Assembly (NCBI RefSeq): GCF_024637375.1
Contig: NZ_JAGXFK010000042.1
Span: 16,169 to 80,168 of the forward strand
Origin: Sediminimonas sp.
Lineage (GTDB): Bacteria > Pseudomonadota > Alphaproteobacteria > Rhodobacterales > Rhodobacteraceae
Reading direction: 5' to 3'
DNA length: 64,000 nucleotides
The notes beneath the pieces were generated by a model that made no database searches, was not told the DNA's origin, and saw only the letters and a program-made list of their open reading frames with translations. Shown here piece after piece: positions 9,902 to 18,634 of the stretch. A program made the position numbers and the translations under genes. Numbering within the stretch: the stretch's first letter is position 1; every line of letters begins with the position of its first letter.

Positions 9902-10890
9902 GCCTCGATCACCTGGCCGGCGCCAGCCGCGCTCACGGCGGCAAAGACGTGGCTGGCAATGGCGGTGTCCTGCGCGCCGGTACCGGTAAGGTCGCAGATG
10001 GTGATGTCGTCGGGGCTGAACCGCCCCGGCGCGGCGCCGGTGATCACCTGGCCCAGTTCGGCGGGAATGCCGCGCGTCCACACGCCCGCCTCGATGGCGC
10101 CGCGCAGCTCGCCCATCACCTCGGCCTGGCTGACGCGATCGGCGACATAAAGATCGGCCGCCGCCAGCGCCGCGGGGTCGATCTCGGTCTTGCCGGACTG
10201 GTCGGACCCCATCGCGGTGACGTGCAGGCCCGGGTGCAGCATGTCACCGCGCAGCACGGGTTCCCGCGCCGGGGTGGTGGTCACCACAAGCTGGCTTTGC
10301 GCGACCAGGTCGGCGGGGTCGCTGGTCACGCCCGCGCGCACCCCCAGCGCCGCCTTCAGGTCAGCGGCACAGGCGGCCGCCTTCTGCGTGTCGCGGCCCC
10401 AGACCAGCACCTCGTCGAACGGGCGCACCAGGTGCGCCGCCCGCATCTGCAACCGCGCCTGCACGCCGGTGCCGATGACGCCCGCGGTGCTCACGGTATC
10501 AGGCGCCAGGTGCCGCGCCGCCACCGCGCCGGCGGCAGCGGTGCGCAAATCGGTCAGGTAACCGTTGTCGAGATAAAGCGCCTCGACCATCCCGGTCTGC
10601 GCCGAGAACAGGATCATCAGCCCGTTGAGCGACGGCAGGCCCAGCTTGGGATTGTCGAAGAAACCGGGGCTGACCTTGATCGCGAAACCGCTCATGCCAG
10701 GGATGTAGGCGGTTTTCACGTCCACCTCGCCGTTGACCGCCTCCAGTGCCATCGACAGCACCGGCGGCATCACCACCTCGCCGCCCGCCAGCGCAACAAA
10801 GGCGCGCTCGATCACGTCGACAAGCGCGATGTCGAGCTGCGCGATCTCGCGCAGCTCGGCCTCGGTCACGATGCGGATCTCATGCGTCAT
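9898..10890 (-). CDS. eutC: Ectoine utilization protein EutC (ornithine cyclodeaminase family)
   Basis: KVSPGFFDNPKLGLPS, DNGYLTDLRTAAAG, GTGVQA, DLTGTGAQD. Confidence 0.88.
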   Translation of the reverse strand: MTHEIRIVTEAELREIAQLDIALVDVIERAFVALAGGEVVMPPVLSMALEAVNGEVDVKTAYIPGMSGFAIKVSPGFFDNPKLGLPSLNGLMILFSAQTGMVEALYLDNGYLTDLRTAAAGAVAARHLAPDTVSTAGVIGTGVQARLQMRAAHLVRPFDEVLVWGRDTQKAAACAADLKAALGVRAGVTSDPADLVAQSQLVVTTTPAREPVLRGDMLHPGLHVTAMGSDQSGKTEIDPAALAAADLYVADRVSQAEVMGELRGAIEAGVWTRGIPAELGQVITGAAPGRFSPDDITICDLTGTGAQDTAIASHVFAAVSAAGAGQVIEA

Positions 10891-11890
10891 GGCGCTGTCC
10901 CTCAACCGTCACGTCTCCCAGGGTGACATCCTGCCCCGTCATGACCCGCGTGAACAGCCCCATGTCGGGGTTGCGCCCGGTGATGATGGTGGCGACCGGT
11001 CCGGCGGGCAACCGACCGTCCAGCCTGCCCGCCTCCAGCGCCGCCAGCCCGACCACGCAGGCGCCTTCGGCAACGATGCGATCCTCGTAGTAAAGCGCCT
11101 GCATGGCGCGGTAGATCTCGGCCTCGGTCACCAGCACCACGTCGTCCAGCAGATCGCGGCACATCGCAAAGGTCAGGCGGTTCGACAGGCCGATGCCGCC
11201 GCCCAGCGAATCCGCCAGGCTGGGCACTTCGACCACGGAAACGGGGTGACCCGCGCGCAGGCTCTCAAACATCGCCGCGCCACGGTCCATGCTGATGCCG
11301 ACGACGCGCACCGATGGCTTGATCGTCTTGGCCGCCAGCGCCACGCCGGCGGCCAGCCCGCCGCCTGACAGCGGCACCAGCAGCGTGGCGATGTCCGGGC
11401 GGGCGGCCATCATCTCCAACCCGACGGTCCCCTGCCCGGCCACCACCGCCGGGTCGTCGAAGGGCGGGATCTGCGCCAACCCCTCCTCGGCCTCCAGCCG
11501 GTCGGCCTCGGTTTGCGCGTCGTCCTGGCTGTCGCCGGTGATGCACACCTCGGCGCCCAGCGCGCGGATACCGTCGATCTTGGCCTGCGGTACCAGCCGC
11601 GACATGCAGATCACCGCGCGCAAGCCCCGCGCCCGCGCAGCAAAGGCCACCGCACGGCCGTGGTTGCCGGTGGAACAACAAGTAACACCGGCCACGTCAC
11701 CCAGCACCGCCACGGCGTTGAGCGCGCCGCGCAGCTTGAAGGCGCCAGTAGGCTGCGCGATTTCCAGCTTCATCAGCCCCTCGGCGCCCGCCAGCCGCGA
11801 CAGTGCCGCCGAGGGCACCAGCGGCGTGGCATCGGCAAGCCCGCGTATCCGGTTGGCGGCAGCATGGATGTCGGCCAGCGTCAGGTGCAT
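10880..11890 (-). CDS. eutB: Hydroxyectoine utilization dehydratase EutB (threonine dehydratase family)
   Basis: GAFKLRGA PLP lysine, STGNHG, SGGGL, SLADSLGGGIG. Confidence 0.88.
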   Translation of the reverse strand: MHLTLADIHAAANRIRGLADATPLVPSAALSRLAGAEGLMKLEIAQPTGAFKLRGALNAVAVLGDVAGVTCCSTGNHGRAVAFAARARGLRAVICMSRLVPQAKIDGIRALGAEVCITGDSQDDAQTEADRLEAEEGLAQIPPFDDPAVVAGQGTVGLEMMAARPDIATLLVPLSGGGLAAGVALAAKTIKPSVRVVGISMDRGAAMFESLRAGHPVSVVEVPSLADSLGGGIGLSNRLTFAMCRDLLDDVVLVTEAEIYRAMQALYYEDRIVAEGACVVGLAALEAGRLDGRLPAGPVATIITGRNPDMGLFTRVMTGQDVTLGDVTVEGQRHDA

Positions 11891-11916
11891 GAAAACCTCG
11901 GGGCGGAAAACGGCGT

Positions 11917-12033
11917 GTTGTGCACAACCCTGACGGGCCGCGCCATGCCGAATTCTGTATCACCAAGATTTTACATTATTTTCCAAAAGCGACCTTTCGG
12001 GTTCGTTTTTGGAACTGCGCAGTTGTGTACATT
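11917..12033. promoter_or_regulatory. Divergent eutB/eutD control region with two GntR-type boxes
   Basis: GTTGTGCACAAC (11917-11928, perfect palindrome) and GTTGTGTACATT (12022-12033) in AT-rich spacer. Confidence 0.55.
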
Positions 12034-12075
12034 TTGCCAAGGCTGGGGGGGTCTCCGTATTGCGAAGGATACCCC

Positions 12076-13260
12076 ATGACAGCGCCAAGTGTTCCCTTCT
12101 CCGCTGCCGAATACGACCGGCGAATCGCCCTTGCCCGCGCCGCGATGGCGCGCGCGGGCCTCGATGCCCTGTTCGTCGAAGACCCGTCGAACATGGCCTG
12201 GCTGACAGGCTATGACGGCTGGTCATTCTACGTGCACCAGGGCGTGATCCTCACCCACGAGGGCGCGCCGGTGTGGTGGGGCCGCAACATGGACGCCAAC
12301 GGCGCCCGGCGCACCGCGTGGCTGCCCGAGGACAGCCTGCGCCCCTACGGCGACCAGTACGTGCAATCGACAGAGCGCCACCCGATGCAGCACCTGGCTG
12401 GCCTGCTCAAGGACATGGGACTGGAAAGCGCGCGCATCGGCGTGGAAATGGAGAACTATTACTTCTCCGCCAAGGCCTACATCACCCTGCTTGAGGAAAT
12501 GCCCAAGGCCCACATCGCCGACGCCACGGCGCTGGTGAACTGGCAGCGCGGGATGAAATCGGACGAGGAAATCGCCTTCATGCGCAAGGCGGCGCGCATC
12601 GCCGAGAAGATGATCGACGGCGCCATCGAGCGCGCCCGCCCCGGCCTGCGCAAGAACGAACTGGTGGCCGAGATCTACCGCGACGCGATCCTCGGTACCG
12701 ACGGAAACTGGGGCGACTACCCCGCCATCGTGCCGATGTGCCCCTCGGGCGCCGACGCCTCGGCGCCACACATCACCTGGGACGGCGCCGAGTTGCAGAA
12801 CGATCAGTGCACCTTCTTCGAACTGGCCGGCGTCTACCGGCGTTATCACACGCCGTTTTGTCGCACCGTCTACCTGGGCACCCCGCCCGACGAGATGAAA
12901 CGCGCCGAGGCGGCGCTGGTCGAGGGGCTGGAAGCCGGGCTCGACGCCGCGCGCGCCGGCAACCGGGCCTGCGACATCGCGCACGCCCTGGCGGCACCGC
13001 TGGAACGCGCGGGCATTGAACGGGGCGCACGATGCGGCTATCCCATTGGCCTGAGCTACCCGCCTGACTGGGGCGAACGCACGGTCAGCCTGCGAACCGA
13101 GGACGAAACCGTGCTGCAACCGGGCATGACCTTTCACTTCATGCCCGGCCTCTGGTCGCAGGCGTGGGGGCTCGAGATCACGGAATCGATTCTCATTACC
13201 CCGGACGGCCCTGCCGAAACCTTCTGTAACCGGCCCCGGAAGATGTTTGTAAAGGACTGA
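12076..13260 (+). CDS. eutD: Ectoine hydrolase EutD/DoeA (M24 pita-bread fold)
   Basis: GYDGWSFYVHQ, APHITW, GYPIGLSYPPDWGERT, FHFMPGLW, GLEITESI; AAGGA RBS. Confidence 0.88.
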   Translation: MTAPSVPFSAAEYDRRIALARAAMARAGLDALFVEDPSNMAWLTGYDGWSFYVHQGVILTHEGAPVWWGRNMDANGARRTAWLPEDSLRPYGDQYVQSTERHPMQHLAGLLKDMGLESARIGVEMENYYFSAKAYITLLEEMPKAHIADATALVNWQRGMKSDEEIAFMRKAARIAEKMIDGAIERARPGLRKNELVAEIYRDAILGTDGNWGDYPAIVPMCPSGADASAPHITWDGAELQNDQCTFFELAGVYRRYHTPFCRTVYLGTPPDEMKRAEAALVEGLEAGLDAARAGNRACDIAHALAAPLERAGIERGARCGYPIGLSYPPDWGERTVSLRTEDETVLQPGMTFHFMPGLWSQAWGLEITESILITPDGPAETFCNRPRKMFVKD

Positions 13261-13267
13261 CCCTCCG

Positions 13268-14437
13268 ATGAGCAGCCGCTTGCCCGACGCGACCCGGATC
13301 CTGGAGGATCTGATCGGCTATCCGACCATCTCGGCGGATAGCAACCTCGAGATGATCATCCACATGGCCAACCGGCTTTACGACGTGGGCGCGCATGTCG
13401 AGATCTTTCATGACCAGAGCGGCACCAAGGCGAACCTCTTTGCCACCATCGGCCCCGAACGCGACGGCGGCATCGTGCTGTCGGGCCATTCCGACGTGGT
13501 GCCGGTGGCGGACCAGACCTGGAGTTCCGACCCCTTTCGCATGGTCGAACGCGACGGGCTTCTTTACGGGCGCGGCACCTGCGACATGAAGGGATTCCTC
13601 GCCGCGGCGCTGGCGGTGGCACCCGACTATGCCGCACGCGACCTGCGCCGGCCGATCCATTTCGCCTTCACCCATGACGAGGAAGTGGGTTGCGTCGGCG
13701 CGCAGGATCTGGTGGCCGAATTGCAAAAGCGCGATTTGAACCCCGCCATGGCGATCATCGGCGAGCCGACCGCCATGCAGATCGTCGAGGGGCACAAGGG
13801 CTGTTGCGAATACTCCACCCATTTCCACGGCCTGGAGGGGCACGGCTCGGCCCCCGACCGGGGCGTGAACGCGGTGGAATACGCGGTGGCCTACGTCACC
13901 CGGTTGCTCGAACTGAGCGCCGCACTCAAGCACCGCGCGCCGGTGGGCGGGCTGTTCGAGCCTCCCTGGACCACCATCAATATCGGTCGGCTGGCCGGCG
14001 GCGTGGCGCACAACGTCATCGCCAACCACGCCGAGGTGGATTGGGAAATGCGCCCGGTGCAGGACAGCGACGCCGAGTTCGTAAAGGCCAAGATCGCCAA
14101 CTATTGCAACGACATCCTGCTCCCGCAGATGCAAACGACCTATCCCGATGCCGCGATCACCACCTATGTGGTGGGCGAGGTACCGGGCCTGGAGCCGATG
14201 GAAGACAACGCGGCGCGCCGGCTGGTGGCGGAACTCACCGGCGCCAACGGCGCCGAGGTGGCGGCCTTCGGCACCGAGGCGGGCCTGTTCCAGCGCATGG
14301 GGATGTCGGCGGTGCTGTGCGGCCCCGGCAGCATCGAACAGGCTCACAAGGCCGACGAGTTCCTCGCGATGGAGCAGCTTGATAGCTGCCTCGACATGCT
14401 GGAACGGCTGGGCGAAAGGGTGGATGCCCGTGTCTGA
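13268..14437 (+). CDS. argE: Acetylornithine deacetylase-family (M20A) amidohydrolase
   Basis: SGHSDVVP, GRGTCDMKG, DEEVG, GEPT, GHKG, AHKADE; 7 nt after eutD stop. Confidence 0.85.
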   Translation: MSSRLPDATRILEDLIGYPTISADSNLEMIIHMANRLYDVGAHVEIFHDQSGTKANLFATIGPERDGGIVLSGHSDVVPVADQTWSSDPFRMVERDGLLYGRGTCDMKGFLAAALAVAPDYAARDLRRPIHFAFTHDEEVGCVGAQDLVAELQKRDLNPAMAIIGEPTAMQIVEGHKGCCEYSTHFHGLEGHGSAPDRGVNAVEYAVAYVTRLLELSAALKHRAPVGGLFEPPWTTINIGRLAGGVAHNVIANHAEVDWEMRPVQDSDAEFVKAKIANYCNDILLPQMQTTYPDAAITTYVVGEVPGLEPMEDNAARRLVAELTGANGAEVAAFGTEAGLFQRMGMSAVLCGPGSIEQAHKADEFLAMEQLDSCLDMLERLGERVDARV

Positions 14438-15089
14438 GGGCAACCCCGGCGAGGATGCGCGCGCCCGGCTCCAGCGGCTGCACGACATCTTGCGCTCGCG
14501 CATCTGCCTGCTGGATTACCCGCCGGGAACGCGCCTGTCCGAAGAACCGCTGGCGGCCGAGTTCGGCACCTCGCGCACACCGCTGCGCCGGGCGCTGGCC
14601 CGGCTGGAAGACGAAGGCCTAATCCAGACCCAGCATGGCGTCGGCACCATCGTGACCGATGTCGACCTGGCCGAGATGGGCCGCACTTACGAACTGCGCC
14701 GCGAACTCGCCGGGCTGGCCGGGCGCTTGTCGCCGGTCGCGGTGACGCCGGATATCATCGCCCGGGCACACCGCTTCGTCGCCCGCGGGCGGGCCCTGGC
14801 GCGCACACCCGACCCGCGGGAATTCGCCCGGCTCAACATGGATTTCTTCCATTTCGGTGCCGCCCTGACCGAGAACGAGGCGCTTCGCGAGGCCTCCGAG
14901 CGGCTCTACTACCGCACCGCGCGGATCTGGCTGAAATCCATCTCGCGGCTGGACCTCGGCGACGAGGTACGGATTTTCCTCACCGAACTGGAACAGACCG
15001 CCGCGGCGGTCGATGGCCACGACCTGCTGGCGGCGGCGCTGATCCGGCAGGCGCATATCTCGATGTGCGAGGCCCGGCTCAGGGCCTGA
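14424..15089 (+). CDS. GntR-family regulator (FadR/FCD type)
   Basis: LSEEPLAAEFGTSRTPLRRAL wHTH; overlaps argE stop; start ATG 14424 or GTG 14430. Confidence 0.85.
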   Translation: MPVSEGNPGEDARARLQRLHDILRSRICLLDYPPGTRLSEEPLAAEFGTSRTPLRRALARLEDEGLIQTQHGVGTIVTDVDLAEMGRTYELRRELAGLAGRLSPVAVTPDIIARAHRFVARGRALARTPDPREFARLNMDFFHFGAALTENEALREASERLYYRTARIWLKSISRLDLGDEVRIFLTELEQTAAAVDGHDLLAAALIRQAHISMCEARLRA

Positions 15090-15124
15090 CCACGCCCGCA
15101 ACGCTGCCAGCACGACCCGGGCAG

Positions 15125-15148
15125 GTCTTCATCTTTCCATAAATACTC
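15125..15148 (+). repeat. Dispersed repeat head (copy 1)
   Basis: GTCTTCATCTTTCCATAAATACTC, 23/24 identical to 63808-63831. Confidence 0.7.
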
Positions 15149-15174
15149 AAGATAGCCGCCCCGCGCGGCACCGC

Positions 15175-16257
15175 TCACCGCCGCAGGTATCCCAACCGCG
15201 GCTCCGACAACGAGGTGACTATCACCGTGCCATCCGGCGCCGTGACCGCGCCGGTGGTCAGCGCGTAGTCACCGGCCGGGTCTTGCAGGGTTTCCAGCAC
15301 CGTGCCATCGGCGGCCATGCGCAACACGAAACCGTGCCGCGTCGGCGCGGGTTTCATCGTATCGGGCAGGCGCATGATTACCCGGCGCAATTGCGGCTTG
15401 TTGGCCAGCTTGTCCATCACCGGGTTGCGTGGGCTGACCAGCCCCACCCAGTAATTGCCATCGGGGGCGTTGTTTATGTTGTCGGGAAAGCCGGGGGTGT
15501 TGGTCAGCAACACGTCGGGTTCGGAATCCGGCGCGCCCAGGTCATAGCGCAGCACCCGGTATTCGCCGGTTTCCACGACCATCAACGCCGTGCCATCGGG
15601 GCTGACCGCAACGCCGTTGGCAAAGGTCAGCCCATCGGCAAACACACGGGTGGTGCCGGTTTCCGGGTCATGAACCAGCACCCGGCCATTGGCGGAATGC
15701 TCGACCAGGTCCAGAACCGAGGCGGTCAGCGTGCTGCCCACCTCGCGCGCGCCGAACCGCGTCGAAGCATCCGAGAAATAGATCCGCCCATCCGGGGCGA
15801 CATCGACATCGTCGGCGTAACGGATCGGGCTGCCGCCCTCGGTGACATCGGCCAGCAGGCGCACCGTCCCGTCGCGCGCCACCGCAATCAGCCCGCGATA
15901 GGCGTCGGCCACGTAAAGCGTGCCGTCGGGCCCGAATTCCAACCCCAGCGGCCGACCATCGGTATTGGCGAAAACCTCGGCCTTGGCGCCGCCCACCCCG
16001 GCGCGCAGGATGTCGCCGGTATGGGTTGCCATGTAGACCATGCCATCGGGGCCGATATCGGCATCCTCCGGGCCGATATGATCGCCGATATCGGTGAATT
16101 GCAACGCCGCCAGTCGGTCGTTGGGCGCGTAATCACCTGTGTATCCGGGGTTCTCCGGCGCGTTCCACGCCACCGGTTTCACCGCGACGGGCCAGAAGGC
16201 CAGATAAGCCAGCAGCAGCACGATCACCGCTGCCAGCACCTTGAGAATGACGCGCAT
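15175..16257 (-). CDS. Strictosidine synthase-like / SMP-30 beta-propeller protein with N-terminal anchor
   Basis: GPED, GRPLG, YFSDAS, FANGV, GFPDNI motifs. Confidence 0.8.
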   Translation of the reverse strand: MRVILKVLAAVIVLLLAYLAFWPVAVKPVAWNAPENPGYTGDYAPNDRLAALQFTDIGDHIGPEDADIGPDGMVYMATHTGDILRAGVGGAKAEVFANTDGRPLGLEFGPDGTLYVADAYRGLIAVARDGTVRLLADVTEGGSPIRYADDVDVAPDGRIYFSDASTRFGAREVGSTLTASVLDLVEHSANGRVLVHDPETGTTRVFADGLTFANGVAVSPDGTALMVVETGEYRVLRYDLGAPDSEPDVLLTNTPGFPDNINNAPDGNYWVGLVSPRNPVMDKLANKPQLRRVIMRLPDTMKPAPTRHGFVLRMAADGTVLETLQDPAGDYALTTGAVTAPDGTVIVTSLSEPRLGYLRR

Positions 16258-16293
16258 CGCTTGCTCCCTTGCCGGGGCCCCGCGCCACTCCGG

Positions 16294-17691
16294 TCAGGCT
16301 GCGGCCACCATCAGGCCTTCACCCTTGAGGCGGGCATGCGCCTCGTCAAGGGATTTGGTGGCGCGCTCGACCAGGGTATCGGCCTCGGACCGCGTCAACA
16401 CCAGCGGCGGGCTGATGATCATCCGGTCGCCCACGTGGCGCATCACCAGCCCGTTGGCAAAGCACCGCTCGCGACAGATATACCCGGCGGTACCGGCATC
16501 GGCGCCGAACGTGGCGCGGCTGGCCTTGTCCGGGGTCATCGCGACCGAGCCCATCATGCCGACAATGCGCGCCTCGCCCACCAGCGGATGCTCGGCCAGC
16601 GATTCCCACTTTTCCTTCAGGTAGGGGCCGATGTCGTCGCGGACGTGGCCGACGATGTTTTCCTCTTCGAGGATGCGCATGTTTTCCAGCGCCACCGCCG
16701 CCGCCACCGGGTGGGCGGAATAGGTGTAGCCGTGGTTGAATTCGCACGCGCCCAGCACTGCGGCGACCTCGTCACTGACGATCGAGCCGCCGATGGGCTG
16801 GTAGCCACTGCTCAACCCCTTGGCGATGGTCATGATGTCGGGCTGCCAGCCCACCGTCTGGCTGCCGAACCAGTTGCCGGTGCGCCCGAAGCCGCAGATC
16901 ACCTCGTCGGCGATCAGCAGGATGTCGTATTTGTCACAGATACGCTGGATTTCGGGCCAGTAGCTGTCGGGCGGCACGATGACACCGCCGGCGCCCTGCA
17001 CCGGCTCGGCGATGAAGGCGGCGACGCGGTCCTCGCCGAGTTCCTCGATCGCGCGCTCCAGTTGCCGGGCGCGTTCCAGGCCAAATTCCTCGCGCGGCAT
17101 GTCGCCGCCCTCGGCCCACCAGTCGGGCTGGTCGATGTGGTGAATATCCGGGATCGGCAAGCCGCCCTGCGCGTGCATGCCGCTCATCCCGCCCAGGGAC
17201 GCGCTGCCCACCGACGAGCCGTGATAGGCGTTCTTGCGGCTGATGATGACCTGCTTTTCCGGCTTGCCCTTCTGCGCCCAGTAGGTGCGCACCATGCGGA
17301 TGTTGGTATCGTTCGCCTCCGACCCGGAGCCGGCGAAAAAGACGTGGTTCAGGTCGCCCGGCGCCAGTTCTGCCAGCTTGTCGGCCAGCGCGATGGCAGG
17401 CACATGAGTAGTCTGGAAAAAGGTGTTGTAGTAGGGCAATTCGCGCATCTGGCGCGCCGCAACGTCGGCCAGTTCATCGCGGCCATAGCCGATGTTGACG
17501 CACCACAGCCCGGCCATCGCATCGAGGAAGTCGTTGCCCTCGTTGTCGGTGATCCAGACGCCATCGGCCCGCGTGATGACGCGCGCACCCTTGGCGGCAA
17601 GCTCTTGCTGATTCGAGAACGGGTGCATGTGATGCGCCGCGTCCAGCGCCTGAAGCTCGTTGGTGGGCATGTGGTTGGTGATCATGGGCAT
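16294..17691 (-). CDS. Putrescine/omega-amine:pyruvate aminotransferase (SpuC-like, class III)
   Basis: LDAAHHMHPF, DAMAGLWCVN, ELPYYNTFF, DEVICGFGR, IAKGLSSGY. Confidence 0.87.
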   Translation of the reverse strand: MPMITNHMPTNELQALDAAHHMHPFSNQQELAAKGARVITRADGVWITDNEGNDFLDAMAGLWCVNIGYGRDELADVAARQMRELPYYNTFFQTTHVPAIALADKLAELAPGDLNHVFFAGSGSEANDTNIRMVRTYWAQKGKPEKQVIISRKNAYHGSSVGSASLGGMSGMHAQGGLPIPDIHHIDQPDWWAEGGDMPREEFGLERARQLERAIEELGEDRVAAFIAEPVQGAGGVIVPPDSYWPEIQRICDKYDILLIADEVICGFGRTGNWFGSQTVGWQPDIMTIAKGLSSGYQPIGGSIVSDEVAAVLGACEFNHGYTYSAHPVAAAVALENMRILEEENIVGHVRDDIGPYLKEKWESLAEHPLVGEARIVGMMGSVAMTPDKASRATFGADAGTAGYICRERCFANGLVMRHVGDRMIISPPLVLTRSEADTLVERATKSLDEAHARLKGEGLMVAAA

Positions 17692-17761
17692 TGCAGGTAT
17701 CTCCGGGATTCAGGGCGGGTCATGCGGCGCGGCGCAAACGTCGACGCGTGCTTTCCGACAG

Positions 17762-17775
17762 AATATGATCAAATT
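17762..17775. promoter_or_regulatory. Candidate operator upstream of the aminotransferase
   Basis: AATATGATCAAATT, one mismatch from palindrome AATTTGATCAAATT; second copy at 18579. Confidence 0.5.
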
Positions 17776-17792
17776 TCTTGCTGTCAATCGAA

Positions 17793-18491
17793 TCAGTGAT
17801 CCGCGCCGGCATCCGAGAAGATGCGGCGCACCTGTTCCATACCCTGCAACATATCCTCACGAATGGCGCGGGCGGCGCCCTCGGCATCCCCGGTGCGCAT
17901 GCAGTCCAGAACCGCCTTGTGCTTGTCGGGCTGGTTCTGGGTGCCGACGCGCCCGATCATCACCCGTAGCGATGGGCCGAATCGCAACCACAGACCGTCG
18001 GCGATCTCGGCCAGGATCGGCGCCTCGGCCAGATCGTAGATCCCGGCGTGAAAGCGATAATTCATCTCGAGGTAATTGCGCAGGTTCCCCTGGGTAATCG
18101 CGCGATCCACAGCGTCGTCCATCAAGGTCAGGCGGCGGTGGTCGCCGGGGGTCGCACGTTGCGTTGCACGCAAGGCAAGGTGGGATTCAAGCCACTGACG
18201 TGCATATATTATTTCCGATATGTTGGCATCCATGAGCTGCGGCACGATGACCCGGCGATTGCCCTGGAACTGCAGCGCGCCCTCGCTGATAAGGCGCCGA
18301 ATCGCCTCGCGCACCGGGGTCATGCCGGCATCGAGCCGCCCCGTCAGCCCCTGGATCGTCACCGCCTCTCCCGGCGCGATTTCTCCGAACAGGATCAGCG
18401 CGCGCAATTTCCTGTAGACCTGTTCGTGCGCGGGCACGCGACCGCCCCGATCCGCCCAATCGCCCTTTTTTCGTGCACCGTCCATCATCAT
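17793..18491 (-). CDS. GntR-family regulator
   Basis: GMTPVREAIRRL wHTH, NYRFH FCD motif. Confidence 0.87.
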   Translation of the reverse strand: MMMDGARKKGDWADRGGRVPAHEQVYRKLRALILFGEIAPGEAVTIQGLTGRLDAGMTPVREAIRRLISEGALQFQGNRRVIVPQLMDANISEIIYARQWLESHLALRATQRATPGDHRRLTLMDDAVDRAITQGNLRNYLEMNYRFHAGIYDLAEAPILAEIADGLWLRFGPSLRVMIGRVGTQNQPDKHKAVLDCMRTGDAEGAARAIREDMLQGMEQVRRIFSDAGADH

Positions 18492-18578
18492 ATCGCCCCT
18501 TCGCGGCTCTCGGTCGCCACTGTCCCTTGCCAGTTTATCGGCACCGTGAAAACATTACCATATTGCCATTCGCGGCAA

Positions 18579-18592
18579 AACTTGATCAAATT
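18579..18592. promoter_or_regulatory. Candidate operator between gntR and potF
   Basis: AACTTGATCAAATT, one mismatch from the same palindrome. Confidence 0.5.
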
Positions 18593-18634
18593 ATCACAGG
18601 GCACCGAAGACCCGAAACCAACAGGAGAGACATT

